Translations under genes and position numbers: made by a program
Notes under the pieces: model-generated
Database searches by the model: none
What the model was told of the DNA's origin: nothing
What the model saw: only the letters and a program-made list of their open reading frames with translations
Origin: Podarcis erhardii
Taxonomy: Eukaryota
NCBI GenBank assembly: GCA_964252035.1
Contig: OZ176211.1
Reading direction: 5' to 3' (one strand)
Length of the DNA: 64,000 bases
In this document: piece after piece, positions 55,701 to 64,000 of the stretch
Position numbering within the stretch: the stretch's first letter is position 1
Layout of the letters: every line of letters starts with the position of its first letter

Positions 55701-56689
55701 GGTCAAAGGTTGACTATTTGAACTATTTGAACTCTGTTGATAATCGTGCTGTAGTTGATTTAGATGGAGAATTAGCAATGTTGATTAGCATTGTAAGCAT
55801 TGCTTTGCTAGTGTACAGTAACTTCAAGAGTTATGACCTTGGCCAAATACTGCATTGTCAGGTACAGAATTGGGTTCTAACCATCTGCAGTCCCAAGTCA
55901 CTAGTTTGTTCTTGTTCAGGCTTGCAGTGTGTTGGTGTTTGACCTGTACAGTTCAGTTTTTTAGCAGAGTGAAAGACTACTGGCCGTAGACTGCTTCAGG
56001 ATTTGTGAAGGGCAAGTATATATTGGAAAGGATCCAAGAATGCTGAAGTTGATGTTGAAAACCACTTTGTGGGAAAACTCAAAAAAGAAAAATCCTTTGT
56101 TTATTGACTATGTGCTAGCAAATGACTTCTGGCCTACCTCATTACTCTTATAGATAACAAAACATAAATAGTGTATCAGGAATACTTCCCATATTGAGGA
56201 TTTTATTTACTGTTCCCTCAAATAATGAATACAATCATAAGGTTGGAAAGATCAGTATATAGTGCATCTGACTGAAGGCTGAGCACTTTCATCTAGGATT
56301 CTAGATTGTTTTTCGGTTTATCACATGATGTTCTATGGATTTGGCTTGTGATCACAGCATTAATCTGACTGCAGCACTTTACTGCCAACTCTTTTAAGAC
56401 ATCAGGTTCAGCAAGAGAAGAGTGTTGGATGTGGATTTTGTGGGGGGGGGGAGAGACCCTCCCTTCTATAATATTTGGCCTTTGGAATTGGTTGGTGGTT
56501 ATCTAGTTCCCGAGGAAGTAAGCATATAAACCTTTCCTAGATTCCTGTTTTACTTGTGGACAGAAGTCTTGATGAACAGTTGTCAAGTTAAGCTGATTCA
56601 AAGGGCAGGTGAGGAAAGAAAGCAACCATTTGATTTGCAGGCCTACAGATTTGTTGCTCATTTCTTTTAAATTATTATTATTGTTATAT

Positions 56690-57480
56690 ATTTATTTATA
56701 CCCCACCTTTTTCCCTGATGGGACTCGGCGGCTTATAGAGAAAAACAAGAATCGCTAAAAACACAGAAGAAACAATAATTAAAAAACAATTAAATATTGA
56801 TAGAATTAAAATTTAAAAACCCAAGGGACTTCACCTCAGTAGCTTGGTGTAATTTGATCTATCTTATATATTTTTCAGAAAAACAAAAACCTGCAAGTGA
56901 ATTGCGATATGCTTTAAATACCAGTTTTAAGATATATATTCCAAAAATACCAGTTTTACACGCCACCCTACAGTTGATCCCTGAAGCTTTCTTTAATTTA
57001 TTATTAAAATATTTAAACCCTCCTTTTCGAGCTCAAGAATGAGACCCGCAGGGTAGCTAACAACAGAGAGATGGCAAGGCATTCTACAAGAAACTTAAGA
57101 ACAGCACAGATATTCCAGATATGAGAACAAATAAGTAGCAGCAGAATTTAAGAGGCAGCCGGTTCTACCAAAACAGAAATCTTTTGATCTGGTATTTAAA
57201 GGCCGATTTGATCTCTCAGTGCCCGGCTTTCAAAGCCTCGAAGCCACAACTGAGAAGACCCTTTCACCACTTCTGATGGTGATGAGACAAGGAACAACAG
57301 TTCAGACGATACCGTCATAGATCAGTGGGCAGGCAGGATCGTAGAAGATACATCAAGCGACTTAGTCCTAAGGCATTTATAGCTTTAGAAGTAATAACCA
57401 ACATTTTGAACTGAGCTCAAAAGCAAAATGGGAGCCAGTGCAGAAGGAATATCAGCAGAGTCCTGACTATTGCATGTTGG
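56690..57480 (-). mobile_element. Degenerate L2 3' fragment(s)
   Basis: tttatatccccacc...ggcggcttatag tail and ccacaactgagaagaccct / ggagccagtgcag L2-type motifs. Boundaries approximate. Confidence 0.5.
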
Positions 57481-57853
57481 AATAATTGGTGTTTCCAAAT
57501 GCTTTTCAACAGAAGTCCTCTATATTTAATCTCGTACATGTGTTGGTTATGTAAATAATTCGCTTGGAAACAGGGCAGTTGGATCTGTTCTATAGGGCAA
57601 AATAATATTAGACACAAATGCTTGTTCATTCAATTGGGCTGCCATGAAATACAAAAGAATGGGAAACATTGTGTGAAAGGTTAAGTTAAAACAGAAGCGC
57701 TGCATAATTAGAAAAGGACAGTAGAGGTGCAATTTGTTTTGTACAGTAACTGTAAATTTCTGATGATGGGGAAACAGCACAGTATTGTTCAACAAAATGC
57801 AGGAGGTATTTTTGCATCTTATACTGAAGCAATGCATGAGACAATATATATTA

Positions 57854-58075
57854 CAGTGGTACCTGGTACCTCGGGTTACAGATGCTTCGGGTTACAGACT
57901 CCGCTAACCCAGAAATAGTACTTTGGCTTAAGAACTTTGCTTCAAGATGAGAACAGAAACCACGCAGCGGCAGCGGGAGGCCCCATTAGCTAAAGTGGTG
58001 TCTCAGGTTAAGAACAGTTTCAGGTTAAGAATGGACCTCCAGAATGAATTAAGTTCTTAACCCAAGGTACCACTG
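57854..58075. mobile_element. Tigger-like MITE (225-bp family) with a 7-bp duplication in the left TIR
   Basis: TA|cagtggtacct-ggtacct-cgggtta ... cccaaggtaccactg|TA. Confidence 0.9.
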
Positions 58076-58573
58076 TATATTGGAGGCAACCCAGCAGGCT
58101 CCATGATGCCTATGAAAAACTTCATTGGTTCCCCAGGGCAGGAGCCGCCAACTCTGAGCTTGTTTTAAAAAGGCTCTAGCCATCCCAGAAAGAAAGTGCT
58201 GTTTGTGTTTAATGGAGCAGCTTAGGCTTTGGTTTAGGGTTGGCATTTCGTGTGTCTTCAACAGCTGTATGGCAGGCAGACATTCAACAGGTCCATCCTT
58301 TTCTAGCATGGAAATACAATTATGTGAAAAGCTTCACCATGACTGGGCTGTCTAACTTTGTGATATGCCATAGTGGCCATTTTGTGACTAGAACCCACAG
58401 CACTCTTAAGATTTGAAATATGCCCACTGGTCCAAAAAGGTTGGTGACTTCTACATTAGATGTTGGCATGTCTGCCATTTACTAGTTCCTCTGAAGTTGG
58501 TTTGCTTTTGCTTTGTTTAAAGCTTCGTATCAGTCCATGAAATGAAGAGACTGGTAATATCAGTTGAAATAAC

Positions 58574-58731
58574 CAGTGGCGTAGCGTGGGTTGTCAGCAC
58601 CCGGGGCAAGGCAAGTAATTTGCGCCCCCTAACCCTGGATTTGCGCCCCCTAACCCTATCCCTAACCCTAACCCCCAGATGTTGCGCCCGGTGCGGCCGG
58701 CCCCCCCTGCACCCCCCACGCTACGCCACTG
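58574..58731. mobile_element. hAT MITE (158 bp) containing CCCTAA telomeric hexamers
   Basis: Perfect 17-bp TIR CAGTGGCGTAGCGTGGG and perfect 8-bp TSD gaaataac (58566-58573, 58732-58739). Confidence 0.92.
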
Positions 58732-59690
58732 GAAATAACCACACATACAAACCTCATTTCTCCACCCAAAATGGCTTTCAGTAAGTTTTTCTTTTTTTAT
58801 ATAGTTCTGGTAAGTACTCAGAAAAGAGTTCAAGGCTTGGTGAAAAAGAAAATGGGGCAATGGCCTTGTGAAGACGTCAGAACTGCTGTGTACTGTTTCC
58901 ATGAGCCGTGTACATGTATCATTGACATCTTGTGTTTATTTAGGCCAGGATCCAAAGGAATACCACCCATGCTCATATGCAAGGGCACTTTGGACTTTTA
59001 ATTTATTTATTTTTGAACAGTGGGTTCTCAGCGCTGCAAAAGCAGTTTATGACTGTTGATGGGGATCTGCCACTCGAGAAGTAAAAATTAAAAAGCCACT
59101 GGGTGAGCACAAGTCCTTGGGCTGTTTATGGATTTCAGCTATTTGTCGGTTTATATTTATACTTCACTATTTTAAGTGCTGGTTTCACATGTGGTTCTAG
59201 TGCGTAAGAAGTGCAGTTACACCCAGGAGAAATGCTAAGGTTGCATGTCTTCATTCACGAAATAGAAAAACTTGCATGTGAAGTGGGAGCCACAAGTGGA
59301 AATTCATGCACGGGTAGGCCAACTCACACAACAGTGGTAGGGTAGATTGCATGTGTGATGTCCAGGTTTGTAAGCACTGAGCTTCATGGATTTTTGTTCC
59401 CATTGTAAGCTCTGTATGTGTAGAGAAAGGGCATGCAAGTCCAAAGCTCTGTTCTTGCTTCATCATGCATATGACCTACATGCTAAGACCTTATGTGACA
59501 TGACCTTGCATCTCTGCTGACTGTGTCAACTGAAAGTCGAGAGGGCTTTGTTAAGAATTTCTCAATGTTTTGGTGTATATCTCAAATAAGCAACATTATT
59601 GAACTGTGGTCAGTTAGGGTTCCCACCACTTGTAAACCACTTTGGTCTCTATGCAAATAGCTGGATCTGCCGGGTGTGAGCTGATTTTTT

Positions 59691-59765
59691 ATTTTATTTT
59701 ATTTTATTTTATTTTATTTTAATTTAATTTAATTTAATTTAATTTAATTTAATTTAATTTAATTT
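59691..59765. repeat. Compound pentanucleotide microsatellite (ATTTT)6(AATTT)9, the tail of a minus-strand L2-type fragment
   Basis: Direct reading; adjoins tttatgtctaccaccctttatc...ctcagggcag. Confidence 0.9.
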
Positions 59766-61762
59766 TATGTCTACCACCCTTTATCTGCAGATCTCAGGGC
59801 AGTTCACAACATAAAAATGCAACATAAAAACATCTCCCATCTCTTTCCATATTCCACTCCCTTTGAGTGTAGAAGCCTGAATGCCACCTGAATGGAAAAC
59901 GCACCATTCCAAATTCTGGTTGGCTTTCAAGATCATAGCAAACAAGCCACGTTTGCTTCCCAATTCTGGTGTGTGTTTTTTCTTGCTGACGCATCTGACA
60001 GCCAGATGATTCATTTTTCTTTGCTGATATTTGTCAAGATAGTTCCATGAGATCAAGCATGATTCTTAGTCTCTAGCCAATGCTATGCCTTCCAGATATT
60101 GTTGGACTACAACACCTACCAGCCCCAGCCAACATTTCTAATGGTAAGGGGTCCAACAACATGTGGAGAGGGCCCCATGTTGGCTATCCCAGCTGTATAC
60201 AAAAGGTCCTTCTGTTGATGGAAGCTCTCTGGTTCAGTAGAGGCTTCTGTTGGTGCAACTGGAACAGGGATGATTTTCAGCCATTTGTCCTCCTGCATCA
60301 ATTCCCAAGCTATTTAGAATGCCCCCCAGCCCTCTAGTGCAGATTTGGAAGGTGAATTGCCAAAACCCACCTCTCTCCCAGTTTCAGTGCTGTAAGCCTC
60401 TACTGGATCAATGTGCAAGGGTAAAACTAGGATAGAACCCAAAACTAAGTACTTGCAAACCTCAGGTTAACCTAAAATTCTTAGGGGTTTTACTTTATTT
60501 TTGACCTCTTTGAAATTACAGAACCTTGGAAAGAATGGGTTAGTAATCTGTTCCTTTCCGTACATAATGCCTGGGATCCAAAGCAGGGCATCCCCAGTTC
60601 TGTATCTCCAGGGGGTCTTTGGGCATTTTCTGAGACAGTGCCTCACCCCACGCCATGGGGCAAACCACTTCTGAAACTCAAGTGCTATTCTAAAAAGCCG
60701 TTTCTGATATAGCATGGCGGTCAGCTCTTCAACGAGAAAAAAAGTCCTGCAAAATTATACCAGTCTCATCTGAGCCCTCGGGCGCACCTAATGTAGCTCT
60801 TTGAATCACAGCCAATGTGTCTGGCAAGGGGACTGGCATTGCTGCTGAGCATGATTAAGAGCTAAAGAAGTGATGATAAAGGGAGGCTGAAGTAGATAAG
60901 CAATGTGGGAAACCCCCCCCCCACCCAAAAAAGGCCCATAGTAGGGAAAAAAGCAATACTTTAACATTGGTTTGTTAATGTTTGTCTCCTTCTACCACTC
61001 CACCCCAATGGGTCTTGGTAATGCTGTGCATGACACCCTCTCTCTCTGCTAAGTATTTCTGGAATGCACAAAATTGAGATTGTGATCTGGTATAGGGGCA
61101 GGATTTTCTCTCCTCTGTAAAGCAAAAGGTAGGTGACCTTGAACAATCTACTGCTGCAGATTAAGAACACTCAAAGGGATCACTGAATAAGTATTTCATA
61201 AGTGAAGAGAGAGACAGAATGCTGATCTCATTTGTTATTGGGGGGTGGGGGGAGTTTTAGGGCAGCGGGGAAGGAAACTTTCCCTCCCAGTATAATGGTT
61301 ATAAATAATTTTATTATTTATAAGCTGCCCATCTGACTGGATTGCCCCAGCCACTCTGGGCGGCTCAGAACAAAATATTAAAAACACACTTAAACATCAA
61401 CAATAAAAAACAATGATATAGTGAGGAGCTATCTTGCTCTCAACTATGTAACAATAATCTTGAACCCTGCAGTAGATTTCCTTCTGTTTTTTCCGCTCCA
61501 CCCTCACTAGTAATGTAAACATATTCTGGATAGCCTCACAGCTTTCACAGATCCACAGCAAAGCTTGTGTTGTCCTGACCTGGGCTTCCTCTGCCTTTCC
61601 CAAATGTGCCCTGAACAAAAACTACAAGTATCACTGGAGTCTTGTGATATCAGCAAGCATAAAAAATGCAGTGTGTTCAGTGAAGATTGTCAGTGAAATG
61701 TCAGAATCCAGATAAATTTACCAGCATAGAATGTATGTCCACAGTTCAACGATGGACCCGTA

Positions 61763-61921
61763 TAAGAATATAGGAAGCTGCTTTATATGCGGGCCATTGG
61801 ACAATCTAGCTGACTGGCAGCAGTAGAAAAGGATATCGCCCAGCTCTACCTGAAGATGCAGGGAATTGAACATGCGATCTTATGCATGCAAAGCAGATAC
61901 TCCACCACCGAGCTACAGCCC
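61763..61921 (-). mobile_element. tRNA-derived SINE with CR1-type tail (same family as 10423-10614)
   Basis: Reverse complement gggctgtagctcggtggtggagtatctgctttgcatgc...cagcttcctat. Confidence 0.7.
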
Positions 61922-62424
61922 CTCCCTTTTGCCAGCTCAAGCAAAGTAGGGCCCCTTTTGACTTATCCCTTCCTGCCCTTGAAATGATTCTGTTTATGTG
62001 ATCACAAATGTGTACATGATCACAAATGCCACAGTTCCACCTGCACAAATGTCCAGAAAAGGTGGATCTAATCTTATCAGATGATTACAGTGGGTGTGGG
62101 TATATTCTCTTTTAAGGATAATCCAGTGATGACTTACGATTGAGTTGCACTATAGCAGTCAGCAGGATTACATATGGTTAAATTATTTAAAGTTGGGGGT
62201 TTCGCCTGTTGCCTTTCGGGAAAGACAAATCTTGTGGTGTGCATCTAGTCTGTCTCTTGACTTAAACTGGTGAAAGGTATTTTCTGCTTGAAATTAGAAT
62301 GATTCTGCCTGTCTAACACATCTGGCAAATTATCACAAACTGTTGCTCTCTGTGTGGATGTGGCTTTGCATACAGAGGGGAAAATTATAAGATCAAAACT
62401 GAAGGCTGAAGGCCAACAAAGCAT

Positions 62425-62426
<2 letters not shown>

Positions 62427-62460
<34 letters not shown>
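62427..62460. repeat. (CA)n microsatellite
   Basis: Direct reading. Confidence 0.95.
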
Positions 62461-62461
<1 letters not shown>

Positions 62462-63090
62462 CGGTCCCCTGTATATTGAGGACCCTCTTTTAAAATATCA
62501 ATGGCTTTGAAAAGTTGAAAGTAGTGTAGTTTTGCGTTTCCTGTGGAACCTATCAGTAGATAACAATTTACAGTCGGTGCCTTCTTCACAGCTGAATGGA
62601 GAAGAGGTGCTTGTTCAGTGAAATGGAGCAGCTGCACCCGGTTTGTCCTGTCTCACATTAACATTTTGCTTTTTAATCAAGACCTTCACAGTCCTCTGCT
62701 ACAGTTTTTCAGGACAGAAGTGGTCAGTTGCGAGGCAGCTGCAGCATAATTCAACATGTACATGAAAGCAAAATTAAAATAATAATGTGGAACTTCTGAG
62801 AAGTGAAGTAGTCCCTTAATGTTGCCCAACCTTAATGTTGCTAAACCAAATTCAGATGGCAGAATGAAAACCTTGTTTATTTTCAAAAAAAGGGTGCTGC
62901 TAAGTATTCTCTGCGGCAGAATGGAGGTTTTAACACTTCTTTTTAAGCTCAACCAGAACTTGAAAGGCTAGATATGTAGATCCGAATATATTGGTTTGAA
63001 GTCTTATGGCAAAATAATTGATGCCTATGCAATAGCATAAAAAGATCTGAGAAAGATACACTTTTCTCAATTTGTTTATGTATTGCTAGA

Positions 63091-63384
63091 CAGTGGGTTC
63101 CCAAAATGGGCACCATGGGTGGGGGGGCAGTGGGATTACCTAGGGGAGGCGCTAAGAGGTAGGCAGGTGCAAATCGCTATCAAGTTTTGTAAAGCTGGTA
63201 TCACTGGATCAAGTTTATCAATTTTGTTGAATTAAACTAAATGTGCAATCAATCATTTATGTTTTGAATTTTACTGTGTTACTGTCTTCTTTAGTGGATT
63301 GTGCAAACTGCAATTCTAGGGGACACTGGAGATGAGATTATAGAACTAAGGGGGCAGTGGCTCGAAAAAGTTTGGGAACCACTG
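63091..63384. mobile_element. hAT/Charlie-like MITE
   Basis: TIRs CAGTGGGTTCCCAAA / TTTGGGAACCACTG; no clean TSD. Confidence 0.65.
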
Positions 63385-64000
63385 CTTCAGAAAACCTGCT
63401 TCTTCTAGGTGCTCAGAAGTCTTTACAACTGGAGTTGCAGAAACCCGTATGAATTATCAAGCTGTGGCCTGGGAATGGCTTTCAGGTGGGCCTCTGTCTC
63501 CAGGCCATGCTGTTGCCTTTCAGCTATCAGCAGCAGCTGCCCACAAGCACCTGCAAGAGCAGGAGTTGGTTAAAGAGAGCAAGGTTGTAGTATGGAAAGT
63601 TGCCAGGCAAGGAAGGAAAGAGGGGAGAGAGATAACAGGAAGGAAGGAGGTGAAAGGGACTGATAGGAAATGGGAAGTGCTGGGTGCAGTGCTTTTTGAT
63701 GCCCCGCTTTACACACACACAAGCACACTTGCACCCCAGTTCCTCCCCACTTCCCATTAGGTATGGAAGCTTACACAAGCTCCCCTGCTCTCTAACGGCC
63801 CGGAGTGAGTCTTATAACTGCTGCAAAACGGGTGCTTTCATACCAGAAGAAAGCACAGCCCTGCAGGTGCTTCCCCCGCAGGAAACAACTATGTAACTGG
63901 GCTGTCGCCACTCAGCACATGGGTTTGAAGGGCATGAAAGGAGCCTGCACTTGACAGTTTTTCCTCAAGCCCCTGGGTCTTTGTATCTGCAATTTGTTTG

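Noticed and set aside
49783-64000. Further UMAD1 coding exons
   Set aside because: No segment resembling the recalled downstream UMAD1 sequence or UMA domain was found; the next exon probably lies beyond the window.

Overview
Vertebrate genomic DNA, inferred from its repeat content (Sauria-type SINE, BovB-type RTE, Penelope-like elements) to be a squamate, probably a lacertid lizard. It carries the conserved COL28A1 - MIOS - RPA3 - UMAD1 block. COL28A1 (minus) contributes its first four coding exons and runs off the left edge. MIOS (plus) is complete: 10 coding exons, 877 aa, with one AT-AC minor-spliceosome intron. RPA3 (minus) is complete: 4 exons, 119 aa. UMAD1 (plus) contributes a non-coding first exon and its first coding exon, sharing a CpG-island bidirectional promoter with RPA3. 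Most of the rest is transposon-derived. The most unusual region is 44186-47609 in UMAD1 intron 1, a nested stack of four parts: a Penelope-like fragment with an intact minimal hammerhead ribozyme; an L1 3' end with a twin-priming-type inversion; a 7-copy ~127-bp structured tandem array; and, fused directly to that array, an uninterrupted 596-codon L2 reverse-transcriptase frame. Other highlights are a second identical hammerhead at 19004-19041, a solo LTR splitting a SINE, a 1.18-kb L1-like non-autonomous element with an intact 5' end, and a hAT MITE carrying telomeric hexamers. All homology calls come from recalled sequence similarity and hand-checked splice phases; no database search was run.
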